Shown here: positions 10,380 to 19,947 of the stretch, piece after piece | How positions within the stretch are numbered: the first letter of the stretch is position 1 | Layout: each line of letters opens with the position of its first letter | Source: a bacterium | GTDB lineage: Bacteria > UBA8248 | NCBI GenBank assembly: GCA_965221165.1 | Contig: CBDCRP010000003.1 | Span: forward strand, 928,001 to 992,000 | Length of the DNA stretch: 64,000 nucleotides | Direction of reading: 5' to 3' | Translations under genes and position numbers: made by a program | Notes under the pieces: model-generated | The model's input: the letters and a program-made list of their open reading frames with translations, nothing else | Told to the model about the DNA's origin: nothing | Database searches by the model: none

Positions 10380-11410
10380 GAAAATACGCGCCGGCGGCGG
10401 GGATGATCGCCATCGCCTTGCTGGTCGCTTCTCTCAGCGTCCGCCTGGGCGTCACGGACATCACTTCAGCCAAGATTCTCGAGGTCATCCTGAGCGAACT
10501 GGGCCTCCTCTCGCCCGAGGGGGCGGGCGTTTCCGTCCACGAGCGGACCATCATCTGGCACATTCGCGTCCCCCGGACGCTCACGGGCGGTTTCGTCGGG
10601 GCGTCGTTGGCACTTTCGGGCGTGATGCTCCAGGGCCTTTTCAGAAACCCGATGGCGAGCCCCGTCGTGGTCGGCATCAGCACGGGCGGCGCGCTGGGCG
10701 CTACGAGCGCCATCGCCTTGGGCCTGGGGGCCGTCTCGATCTGGTCGGTTCCCCTGGCCGCCTTCGGCGGCGCGCTCTTGAGCGTGTTTCTCGTCTCCCT
10801 CGTGGCCTCCCACAAGGGACACACGCCGCTGGGCGCGCTCATTCTTTGCGGGATGGCGATGAATTCCATCGCGGGCGCGCTGACGACGCTCGTGCTGAGC
10901 TACAGCGTGAGCGACTTCGAGATCGCCCGCCAGATTCTCTTCTGGCTCATGGGGAGTCTGACGAACCGGACGTGGGAGCACGCCTTTCTCATCACGCCCT
11001 TTTTCGCCGCCTCGGCCCTCGCCGCCACCTTCTTCGGGCGCGAACTGAATCTCATGATGTCGGGAGAAGAATCCGCCATGGCGCTGGGCGTGGACACGGC
11101 GCGGGCGAAGGCGTGGATTCTCGTCATCGCCGCAGCGGCGGCCGGGGCGTCCGTCGCCGTATCGGGCGTGGTCGGCTTCGTGGGCCTGCTCGTCCCCCAC
11201 ATCGTGCGGATGCTCGTCGGGCCGGACCACCGCAGGCTTTTGCCGCTCAGCATGATGGCGGGCGCGGTATTCGTGATGGGGATGGATTTGCTGGCGCGAA
11301 CGATCTCGCCCGCCGGGGAGATACGCCTGGGCGTGCTCTCATCGAGCATCGGCGGGCCGTTTTTTCTCTATCTGATCGTCAAGAATCGCGCGCGCGCGGA
11401 GATGTTCTGA
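10376..11410 (+). CDS. FecCD/BtuC family permease
   Basis: IRVPR, QGLFRNPMA, GFVGLLVPH, IGGPFF motifs. Confidence 0.92.
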   Translation: MRKYAPAAGMIAIALLVASLSVRLGVTDITSAKILEVILSELGLLSPEGAGVSVHERTIIWHIRVPRTLTGGFVGASLALSGVMLQGLFRNPMASPVVVGISTGGALGATSAIALGLGAVSIWSVPLAAFGGALLSVFLVSLVASHKGHTPLGALILCGMAMNSIAGALTTLVLSYSVSDFEIARQILFWLMGSLTNRTWEHAFLITPFFAASALAATFFGRELNLMMSGEESAMALGVDTARAKAWILVIAAAAAGASVAVSGVVGFVGLLVPHIVRMLVGPDHRRLLPLSMMAGAVFVMGMDLLARTISPAGEIRLGVLSSSIGGPFFLYLIVKNRARAEMF

Positions 11411-12226
11411 TGATGTTGAACATGCAAAACGCCCGCGTCGAACTCGGCGAACGGGACGTGCTCAAAAACGTGTCGGCCGATTTTCATCCGGGCGCGCTCA
11501 CGGGCGTCATCGGCCCGAACGGGGCCGGGAAGACGACGCTCCTGCGCGCCCTTGCGGGCATTCTGCCGATAAAGGCGGGGCAAATTTCGCTGGACGGCGA
11601 ACCCATCGAAGCGTTCACCAGAAAGGAGACGGCCCGCCGCGTGGGCTATCTCGCCCAGAGACAGGAACCGGCGTTTCCCTTCCCGCGTCGAGGAGACCGT
11701 GATGATGGGGAGATACCCCTATCTGGGCAGGCTCGCGCCCGAAACCGATGCGGATCGCGAGGCGGTGGATGCGGCCCTGCGCGACGTGGACGCCGCCGGC
11801 CTCGCGAGCCGCACGCTCAACGAACTCTCGGGCGGAGAGTTGCAGCGCGTCCTGATCGCGAGAACCCTCGCCGCGCAAACGCCCATCGTGCTGCTCGATG
11901 AGCCCTTTGCGAATCTCGACGTCAAACACTGCCTCGACATCCTCGCGATCCTGCGCGCACAAGCCCTGGAAGGCCGAACCGTAGTCGTCTCGGTGCACGA
12001 CCTGAACCTCGCGCACCACTACTGCAATGAACTGCTTTTGCTGTATGAAGGAGAAATCCTGGCCCAAGGAAACGCAAGCAGCGTCCTGACGCCCCGGCTC
12101 ATCGAAAAGGCGTTTCACGTACGCGCCCAGATTCTCACGATGAACGGCGAGGAGGAGCGATATTTCATCATGCGAGCCACGAAAGAAGAACGCCCGCGCG
12201 CGGAGGGGAGAGAGCGAAAGCCGTGA
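11410..12226 (+). pseudogene. BtuD/FepC-type ABC ATPase with apparent frameshift near 11683
   Basis: Walker A GPNGAGKT in one frame, LSGGE and LLDEP in another; removing one C from TTCCCGC restores AFPFRVEETVMMGRYPY. Confidence 0.85.
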
Positions 12227-12681
12227 AGAAAATCTCTTGCGCGAAATTTCTTGTCCGGGTCCTGGTCTTTGCGCTCACTACGCCCGCACCGCTTCTCGCC
12301 CAGGAGATAGAAACCTCCGTGGACGCGCCATCCGTGAAGACGAGTCGTCCCGCATCGTCCGAGGCGCCCTCTTTCACTTTCAGGAAAAGACGTGTGCGGG
12401 TGGATGCGAACGCGCAGGTCGCGGCCATCATCGAGCGTATCAAGCGTCACCAGCACTACCCGGACATCGCGCGCGAATCAGGGGCCGAGGGCGCATCCAC
12501 CGTGAGTTTTCAGATTCTGCCGAACGGGCGGCTGCGTGACCTCAGAATCAAGAAAACCTCGGGCAACGCCTTTTTAGACGGCGCCACGCTCGAGGCGGTG
12601 CGAAAAGCGGCTCCCCTGCCCTATCTGGATAAGACACTCGTGCTGACCATACGCTATACTCTTCTACGAACGACCGATTAG
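12223..12681 (+). CDS. tonB: Energy transducer TonB (short)
   Basis: N-terminal hydrophobic segment; YPDIARESGAEG..SG..LD..AVRKAAPLP C-terminal domain. Confidence 0.8.
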   Translation: MKKISCAKFLVRVLVFALTTPAPLLAQEIETSVDAPSVKTSRPASSEAPSFTFRKRRVRVDANAQVAAIIERIKRHQHYPDIARESGAEGASTVSFQILPNGRLRDLRIKKTSGNAFLDGATLEAVRKAAPLPYLDKTLVLTIRYTLLRTTD

Positions 12682-12743
12682 CCTGAATCACGCCGCCCAG
12701 GTCCCGCCCATGTGAGCGGCGACCTCCGCAAACGGGGACTCGC

Positions 12744-13319
12744 ATGAAGGCGAAAGCGCAATACCGGGAAGAAACGGGTGCGGACGGGAGCCTGCATTCC
12801 ATCTGGGAATTCAAGCCCGAGCGTGAACTCCTGGAAACCCTCTTGCGCGACTTGTTCGAGAACCACCATGAATCGCTCGTCTTCGGCCCCTGCATCCAGG
12901 GAGCCGTGTTCGAGTGCCGCGTGAAATCCCCTCCGCACAGGATCAGCTATCTGGACGGCTACCTGACCGTCGACTTGGGCGAGTGGCATTTTCACGTCTG
13001 CATCGGCGAGCACCGGGGCGACGCGCTACACCCCTGCCCGCCCGAGTTGGCGCGTTGGCGGAAGTGCGCGCGGGGGATGCTCCAGCGGGCCTACCAGAAT
13101 CCCCCCATCGCGGGCCACGCCCCGGTGAGCTATTCGCTGGTGCTGCTGAACGGGCGCGATGAGCAGATGATGACCTTCTTTCTCCCCAATCCTTTTTTCG
13201 ACACGGAATACCGGGTTCTCGAAACGGCCGACTGGGCGAAACTCGCCCTGTGGAATCACATACGTACCGTATATCTGGGGCTGGGGGAGGACGCAGGCCC
13301 TTTCGCGGAGCTTAGGTAA
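12744..13319 (+). CDS. Hypothetical protein at end of corrinoid uptake operon
   Basis: 191-aa ORF with FGPCIQGA, WHFHVCIG, FFLPNPF motifs; family not recognised with certainty. Confidence 0.7.
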   Translation: MKAKAQYREETGADGSLHSIWEFKPERELLETLLRDLFENHHESLVFGPCIQGAVFECRVKSPPHRISYLDGYLTVDLGEWHFHVCIGEHRGDALHPCPPELARWRKCARGMLQRAYQNPPIAGHAPVSYSLVLLNGRDEQMMTFFLPNPFFDTEYRVLETADWAKLALWNHIRTVYLGLGEDAGPFAELR

Positions 13320-13349
13320 GAGAGAAATTCGACAACCAAGGAGCACGCG

Positions 13350-14279
13350 GTGAAAGCCATTCTGATGCACGGCTACGGCGGCCCGGAAGTGCTCGAATAC
13401 GCAGATACTCGCGACCCCGTGCCGGGGCCGGGGGAAATCGTGATCGACATCCATGCGGTGAGCGTGAACCCCGCCGACTGGAAGGTGCGCGAAGGACTCC
13501 GCAAAAAGGACGTACAGGCCCGCTTCCCCCACATCCTGGGGAGGGATTTCTCGGGCGTCGTCCGCGAAGCGGGGGCCAGCGTCTCGGATTTTCAGCCCGG
13601 AGACCCCGTATTCGCCATCAACGAACAGGGTTGCGAGGGGGGCTACGCCGAAGCCATCGCCCTGCCCGCGGCCCTCGCGGCCCCGAAACCGGATTTCCTC
13701 TCACACGTGCAAGCCGCTGCGCTCGCCATCACGGGATTGACGGCCCTGACCGCCCTCGAAGACTGCGCGAAACTCAAGGCCGGTGAAACCATCCTCATTC
13801 ACGCGGGCGCGGGAGGGGTGGGCGGCTTCGCCGTCCAGTACGCGAAACACGTCGGCGCGACGGTCTACACCACGGCGAGTGCGGCCAACCACGCCTACGT
13901 CAAGGAAATGGGGGCGGATTTCGCCATCGACTATAAAAAAGAAGATTTCGCCGAAACAGTCCCCCCTTGCGACGTGGTTTTCGACACCATCGGAGGCGAA
14001 GTGCAGGCGCGCAGCTTCGCGGTCTTGAAACCGGGGGGACGGCTGGTGCACATCGTGGCGAGTCCGCAGGGCTTCGAGCCGCCGAGGGAGGACGTATCCA
14101 TCATCCGCCCGGACGTGCGAAGAGATCGCGCGCATTTGGGGAGAATCATCGAACTCGCCGCATCGGGAGCGGTTCGCCCGCCCGAGATACTGGAGATGCC
14201 GCTCCAAGAAGCGGCGGCGGCGCATGAACTCTGCAAAACGGGGCACGTGCGCGGAAAAATTATCCTGAGGGTGCGGTAG
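13350..14279 (+). CDS. NADP-dependent MDR/quinone oxidoreductase
   Basis: YGGPEVL, VNPADWK, HAGAGGVG, GHVRGKIIL. Confidence 0.9.
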   Translation: MKAILMHGYGGPEVLEYADTRDPVPGPGEIVIDIHAVSVNPADWKVREGLRKKDVQARFPHILGRDFSGVVREAGASVSDFQPGDPVFAINEQGCEGGYAEAIALPAALAAPKPDFLSHVQAAALAITGLTALTALEDCAKLKAGETILIHAGAGGVGGFAVQYAKHVGATVYTTASAANHAYVKEMGADFAIDYKKEDFAETVPPCDVVFDTIGGEVQARSFAVLKPGGRLVHIVASPQGFEPPREDVSIIRPDVRRDRAHLGRIIELAASGAVRPPEILEMPLQEAAAAHELCKTGHVRGKIILRVR

Positions 14280-14297
14280 GGAGAGTGTAAGGCTCGC

Positions 14298-16004
14298 CTA
14301 CAAAGACTCCGCAAGCGCGATCGCGGCGTCGAGACCCGTGATGACGCGGTTTTTCTCGCGCAGGATGCGCGTGTAGATGACTCTCCCCGCATCGCTATCA
14401 GGGCCTTTTTCGGCGTAATTCCCGATACACTGAAGACCGGGCATCCTGAACGCGCCGCTTGCCGGGTCGTGATCGAACGGCCCCGCCAGCGTGTAGAGAA
14501 CGGGATTCACCGCGTGGCTCATCTTGAGAACAAGGCGGTTGCCCTCGGCGGAATCCACGCTTTCCAGCTTCGCGCGCAACGCCTCGCATGCGCGGGCAAA
14601 GCGCACGCCCGCCTCGCGTAAATCGTATAAATCCACCGCTCCTCCTCCCGAATCCGCGAGCCTGGCTATCTCCTCGTTCACGACGGCTGCCGTCGTAGCG
14701 GGGTTCAGGGGCACCCGCTCAAGACTACAAAGCTCGTGCAGCGCCCCCGCGTAGAGGCGGCAATGCTCGGCGAGCAAGTCCTTATCCATCTTGTCGAGCG
14801 TGTCGGCGGGATGGTGCCAGTATTCGGGAAAGCCGCTATCGGGGTGATCTTTTTGTAAGTCGGGATGCCCGGGCGGCAGCACGGGCAGGAAGGAGAACGA
14901 GGGAACGCCCACCCCCCAGAGGGACTGGTCGGCCATCTTGCGGGGATGATCAGGACTCGTGCGCTGGCCGCCCAGACGCTCCACGACGCCGCGCACCCAG
15001 TCGCGTACCTCCGCCGTGCAGAACGGACGATAGAGCGTCGCCCCCCGGCAGCCGGGCTGATCGATGTTCAGATAGGCGACGCAGTTTTTCCTGAGTTCAT
15101 GAAACATGTGGTCCGCATACCAGGTGGAGCCCGAAAACCGCCCGTGCGAGTGCCCGTTCCACCAGGCCACCTTGAGACCGCGCCTGAGCTCTCCCCGCAT
15201 CTGGTGCGCTATGCGCGCCAGTTCCATGAGCGTGGCGTCGCCCGCCGCGTTGTCGTTCGCGCCGATGTGCCATGAATCGACGTGCCCGCCCACGAGGGCG
15301 TATTCCCGGGCTCCGTTTTCAGGCGCGATGCTCGCCACGGGCATGAGGGTCTCGCGCCAGGCGGTGTCCGTCTTGGCATGAACGAGGAGTTCCACCTCTT
15401 CTCTTGATCGCAGGCGCTCGAGGAGGCCCGCCCCCTGTTCTCGAGATAAGGTGAGGACGGGCGTTTTCGGCAGCCGCGCGATGCTCTCGGGCGTAGGCGC
15501 GCCCCAGATGGTGGAGACCGTCATCTCGTGCGCATAGCCCTTGTTCACGTACACCTGGGCGATGGCGCCTCTTCGCTCGAAGAAATAAAACCGCGCGGGA
15601 CTCACCATGCCCTCGGCCACGACTACCCGCCCGGCCACGGGGGGCGCGCTCGATTCATTCCCGTAAAAAGGAGAGCCGAACGGCGTATCGGGCGCTCCCG
15701 CCTCCCCGACGTAGACGGCATCCCCGATCACGCCAGCCTCGCCTGTGGATGCGCCGAAAACGGCGGTGATGGCGGGAATCCGCTCCCCCCCTTCTCCCAG
15801 GATATGGAGCGCCGCCTTACCGGGTATGCTGATCAGGGATTCGAACGCATGGACTTCGACGTCAATGCCCAAGCTCGATAATTCCGCCTCGATGTAGCGC
15901 ACCGCCTCGTTCTCGCCCCCGGTTCCGGTGTATCGCTCCCACCGGCAGATGCCTTCGAGGTTTCTCCACAAGGAATCCGCGTCCACTTTTTCCTGAACGG
16001 CCAT
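14298..16004 (-). CDS. M28 family metallopeptidase with PA domain
   Basis: GGHVDSW, GANDNAAG, YLNIDQ, YWHHPADT motifs. Confidence 0.85.
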   Translation of the reverse strand: MAVQEKVDADSLWRNLEGICRWERYTGTGGENEAVRYIEAELSSLGIDVEVHAFESLISIPGKAALHILGEGGERIPAITAVFGASTGEAGVIGDAVYVGEAGAPDTPFGSPFYGNESSAPPVAGRVVVAEGMVSPARFYFFERRGAIAQVYVNKGYAHEMTVSTIWGAPTPESIARLPKTPVLTLSREQGAGLLERLRSREEVELLVHAKTDTAWRETLMPVASIAPENGAREYALVGGHVDSWHIGANDNAAGDATLMELARIAHQMRGELRRGLKVAWWNGHSHGRFSGSTWYADHMFHELRKNCVAYLNIDQPGCRGATLYRPFCTAEVRDWVRGVVERLGGQRTSPDHPRKMADQSLWGVGVPSFSFLPVLPPGHPDLQKDHPDSGFPEYWHHPADTLDKMDKDLLAEHCRLYAGALHELCSLERVPLNPATTAAVVNEEIARLADSGGGAVDLYDLREAGVRFARACEALRAKLESVDSAEGNRLVLKMSHAVNPVLYTLAGPFDHDPASGAFRMPGLQCIGNYAEKGPDSDAGRVIYTRILREKNRVITGLDAAIALAESL

Positions 16005-16153
16005 GTCGTCTCCCGAGATATATATAAGAGGTAGCGTCCGCCCATTCTAGTACATCGGCCCGGAGAAAGCCCAAGCGCGCGCGTTGTGGAAAACGCCGCT
16101 TCGGGGGAGAATCAACGATACGGCCATGCGTCCATGCGGGGGTAGCGACAATC

Positions 16154-16543
16154 ATGTGGGGAAAAATATCCCGTCCATTTTTTCTGGCGCTGGGCTGCGT
16201 TTCTCTGGGCTTAGGCGTCATCGGCCTGCTGCTGCCCGTCCTGCCCACGACGCCCTTCATCCTGCTGGCGGCGTTCGCGTTCTCCAAAAGCTCGGAAAAA
16301 CTCCACGGGTGGCTTTTGAACCACAGGCTCTACGGGCCGCTCATCACGAACTGGCAGCGCCACGGCGTCATCCGCCCCCGGGCCAAGTGGACCTCGGTCT
16401 CGCTCATCGTCATCCTCGCGGGGCCTTCGATTTATCTCGTAAGCGCGCCGGTGTACGCGAAAGTCCTGCTGGCGGCGATATGCGCGTGCGTGGTGTGCTT
16501 CATCATCACGCGGCCGGGCGTCATCCCGGACAAGAGCGATTGA
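16154..16543 (+). CDS. YbaN/DUF454 inner-membrane protein
   Basis: LGVIGLLLPVLPTTPFILLA..SS..LHGWL signature. Confidence 0.9.
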   Translation: MWGKISRPFFLALGCVSLGLGVIGLLLPVLPTTPFILLAAFAFSKSSEKLHGWLLNHRLYGPLITNWQRHGVIRPRAKWTSVSLIVILAGPSIYLVSAPVYAKVLLAAICACVVCFIITRPGVIPDKSD

Positions 16544-16544
16544 G

Positions 16545-16870
16545 GTCAGACCCGGCCGGGGAGGGAGGGTTTGCCGGAATGACGAACCAAAATCCGGCCG
16601 GGGCGGAAGGGCGCGAACATCTTTACGACCCACTGTTGGGGCGGTCCCTCCCTCTCCGGTCGGAACCGACTCCTCGGGACCGCCCCACCATTCGCGAACC
16701 GCCCTCGCCGGAGGAGAAGCGGGCGCTTCACGAAGTGCCCCTACGAAATCTTCGCCTCTTTATCTGAATGCCGACGGAGAGGGCCGCATATATGCGGCCC
16801 CTACACCGATACCGCCGTGTCTTTGTAGGTCGGACATATATGTCCGCCACGCATATATGCGTCCCGCACG
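16545..16870. repeat. REP-like repeat cluster
   Basis: GGGCCGCATATATGCGGCCCCTAC and GTAGGTCGGACATATATGTCCG palindromes. Confidence 0.75.
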
Positions 16871-16970
16871 GACGAGGAAAACATCGACAAGGAATGACGA
16901 ACCAAAACCTGAGCAGGAAACGATAAATTCACCTGCCCAATTCACCGCCACTGTATACAAGGAGAACCCC

Positions 16971-17357
16971 ATGAACGAGGAGCGATACGAACGCGGTCTC
17001 ACGATAAGAAAATCACTCGGTATCTACGGCGAGGACGGCCTCGCGGGCACGTTCACCGAGATGGGCGAGCTTGCGCCGACGCACACCCGCGCCATCGTGG
17101 AGTACTGCTTCGGCACCTGCTGGAGCCAGCCCCTGCTCGACAACAAGACGCGCGAGATGCTCATCGTCGCGGCGGCGGCGGCCCAGGATTTATCCGGCGA
17201 GGTGGAGATTCACTCGCGCGGCGTGCTGAACCAGGGGCTCGCGCCTGAAGAGTTGATAGAGGCCATCGTTTCCCTCACCCCCTACATCGGCTTCCCGAAA
17301 ACGAACCACGCCCTCGCGGCGGCGAAAAACGCCATCGAGAAAAAGGCGGCGGGGTGA
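16971..17357 (+). CDS. Carboxymuconolactone decarboxylase family protein
   Basis: ERYERGL, FG..W..P.LD.KTRE, PYIGFP; AAGGAG RBS. Confidence 0.85.
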   Translation: MNEERYERGLTIRKSLGIYGEDGLAGTFTEMGELAPTHTRAIVEYCFGTCWSQPLLDNKTREMLIVAAAAAQDLSGEVEIHSRGVLNQGLAPEELIEAIVSLTPYIGFPKTNHALAAAKNAIEKKAAG

Positions 17358-17359
17358 GG

Positions 17360-18260
17360 TGAAAACGCGGCCGAGGAGGGAGGGTTTTGCCGACCGATGA
17401 AGGAGGGTTTGCCGAAATGACGGTTATCGGGTAGGGACCGTTCGCGAACGGCCCCTACGAGGGTGGAATCCCCTGCAAAGTTCACACCGCAGTCACTCCG
17501 GCGCATGCGGGTGGCAACCGAAAGGTTGGCCAGAACCGAGGAGAGAAGAGATATTACGGCCTTTCATTCTTTTTTCGATGGGGTCGGCATGACGGCGAAA
17601 GGGAAAAGAAAAATTCCTGGGTTCCGCAAACCCTCCCTCATCGGGGTTGTTGAAAAACCCCTCCTCGCTCGGAATTGACCACTGCCGTCATTCCGGCGAA
17701 AGCCGGAATCCATTGCCGAGCGAAATGACAATACTCCGGCTTTTCATCTCCCCGTCATTGGCGGGAATCAATCAGAAAATAAAAAACAAAGGCAAAACAC
17801 ATGGATTCCGGCTTTCGCCGGAATGACGAACAAAGCCGCACCGCCTCGTAGTGACACGGTTCCTCCCTCTTCGGTCGGAATCGACTCCTCGGGGCTGTCA
17901 CACTGCCCCTCCTCGGGGCTGTCCCACAAGTCGCGACCTCGGACAGGCACAGGGCCTGTCCGCTACGGCCCCCCCCCGTCCCTGGTTGGTTCCATTCGCC
18001 GAATCACGAAATCGGGACTTTTCAACAACCCCTTCATCGGTCGGGTTTGACACCGGAATGACGATCAAAACAAAGGCGGGCGGACACGCAGGTGGCAGAC
18101 ATATATGTCTGACCCTACCCCTTCATTCGGAGTGTAGGAGTCGCATACATGCGACCCGCATACCGAACGGGAAGAGCCGCATAGCGAACGGGGAGGACCG
18201 CATATATGCGGCCCCTACAATTCCTGCGACTGCGCCTGCGCGCCGGAATGACGATCCAAA
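17360..18260. repeat. Large nested repeat mosaic (three palindromic repeat families)
   Basis: GTAG..CTAC REPs, GTCATTCCGGCGAAAGCCGGAATCCA pairs and CCTCATCGGTCGGGTTTGAC-type units. Confidence 0.85.
17643..18032. mobile_element. MITE-like element with 14-bp terminal inverted repeats
   Basis: GGGGTTGTTGAAAA (17643-17656) and TTTTCAACAACCCC (18019-18032); flanks CTCATC/TTCATC; no transposase inside. Confidence 0.55.
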
Positions 18261-18335
18261 ACAAAGCCGGGCGTGATAGGGTGGGGCTACATACACCAAC
18301 GAAAAAATCTACAAACGCCAACCCCGGAGCGCGCC

Positions 18336-19361
18336 ATGAACGAGATGGATGAATTCGAATTTTTTCTGGAAAAACCCTGGTCCGACGGCTTCCCCGTGGT
18401 CACGCCCACCGAGGAGCGCATCGAGCGCATGCTCACGGGAACGAAGAGACCGCCCGATGAGGCGCTCTGCAAAGTCCCGCCGCTCGATGAGGTCGCCACC
18501 GTGCGGAGCGTCGCCGTCCACGCCGTCATGGCGGGGTGCAGACCCGAATACCTACCCGTCGTCATCGCGGCTTTGGAGCTCATCGTGGAAGAGGCGCTCA
18601 ACCTGCGCGGCGTGCAGGCCACCATGCACAGCGTAGCGCCCCTGCTCATCGTGAACGGCCCCTATGGGAAACGCATCGGGGTAACGGGCGGGCAGGGTTG
18701 TTTCGGCCCCGGCTTTCGGGCGAACGCCACCATCGGCCGCGCGGTGAGGCTCCTGCTGCTCAACCTGGGCGGCGGCGTGGCGCGCGTGGCCTGCATGAGC
18801 ATCTACAGCCAGCCGTCTCGCTTCACGTTCTGCATAGCCGAGAATGAGGACGAAGGCCCCTGGGAGTCGCTGGCCGTATCGCGGGGATACGGCCCGGATG
18901 AGGACGTCATCACCGCCGTCATGGTGGAAAACCCCCACATCGTCTTCAACGACGTGGACCGCGACCCCAAGCGCCTCCTCGTCTCCCACATGGACAACAT
19001 GGCGGCGATGGGTTCGTGGCCCATCTGGGTGAGGTCCGACACCGTGCTCATCCTCTCGCCCGAACACGCCCGCCTGTGCGAGCGGGCCGGGTTCTCGCGC
19101 GCGGACGTGCACGCATATGTTTGTGAGAACGCGGGGCGCACCGTGGGGGAACTCAAGCGCGGCGGCCCCTGGAGGGAGGATAAGCCGAACGGGCGGTGGA
19201 CCTATCCGGTGGACAGGGAGGATGATGATTTCTTCATCCGCGTCGTGAACGAACCGGAAGACCTACACCTCATCGTCGCAGGCGGCAACGGGCCGCTCGG
19301 CGCGGTGATGCCCGGCTGGAACGGCGCGAGCCGGGCGGTGCACCGGGCGTATACGCCGTAG
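18336..19361 (+). CDS. Conserved hypothetical protein (SDGFPVVTPT family)
   Basis: WSDGFPVVTPT, AVMAGCRPEYLPV, GPGFRANATIGRA, AENE..PW motifs. Confidence 0.8.
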   Translation: MNEMDEFEFFLEKPWSDGFPVVTPTEERIERMLTGTKRPPDEALCKVPPLDEVATVRSVAVHAVMAGCRPEYLPVVIAALELIVEEALNLRGVQATMHSVAPLLIVNGPYGKRIGVTGGQGCFGPGFRANATIGRAVRLLLLNLGGGVARVACMSIYSQPSRFTFCIAENEDEGPWESLAVSRGYGPDEDVITAVMVENPHIVFNDVDRDPKRLLVSHMDNMAAMGSWPIWVRSDTVLILSPEHARLCERAGFSRADVHAYVCENAGRTVGELKRGGPWREDKPNGRWTYPVDREDDDFFIRVVNEPEDLHLIVAGGNGPLGAVMPGWNGASRAVHRAYTP

Positions 19362-19590
19362 GGGCAATTCCGACCGAAGAGAGAGGGATTGCTCAGGAAA
19401 CACCGTCATTCCGGTGTCATTCTCGCCCGATGAGGAAGAGAATGCGGAATCCGGGGAATTTGCTTTTGCATCTTTTGCCGCGATTTCCACCTCCTCGTAG
19501 AGGAAAAGAAATACCACAATAGTTTCACCCTCCCCGGTTCCGGCCAACCTTTCGGTTGCCACCCGCATGCGCCGGAATGACGAGGATAAA
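19360..19590. repeat. Repeat element, inverted copy of about 17490-17630
   Basis: GGCCAACCTTTCGGTTGCCACCCGCATGCGCCGGAATGAC is the near reverse complement of about 17491-17530. Confidence 0.75.
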
Positions 19591-19783
19591 AACACGCTCG
19601 AATCAAGAAACCACCCCTCCCTGAAGTCAGTTCCCTCTTTTCACTCCCTCTTGAGACACATTTCCGACCGTAGCAGGGGCACCTATAGAAAACGCATTTC
19701 CTCCTCTCATCGCTCGAAACAGCAGTCTTCCCCTCCTCGGGGAAGACTGACCTTTCACTCAAAATGGATGAAAAAATCATTCC

Positions 19784-19813
19784 TTGACAAACCCAAAAAA
19801 GCTATCGCAAGAT
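19784..19813 (+). promoter_or_regulatory. Sigma70-like promoter, copy 1
   Basis: TTGACA-18 nt-CAAGAT. Confidence 0.55.
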
Positions 19814-19913
19814 GTACATTGCGATGCAATCCACGAGGTGAAGAGGCTTCGGCTGTTCGCCAACCACGAGGCGATCTTCTTCTGGAAGGTCGAAAATCGG
19901 CGAGAAATTCACC

Positions 19914-19943
19914 TTGACAAAATGCAAAAAGCTGTAGCAATAT
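19914..19943 (+). promoter_or_regulatory. Sigma70-like promoter, copy 2
   Basis: TTGACA-18 nt-CAATAT; predicted start at about 19948-19950 coincides with the 5' end of a long stem. Confidence 0.6.
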
Positions 19944-19947
19944 CAGA

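Noticed and set aside
17360-18260. CRISPR array
   Set aside because: Repeats are heterogeneous, inverted and irregularly spaced; no cas genes in the window
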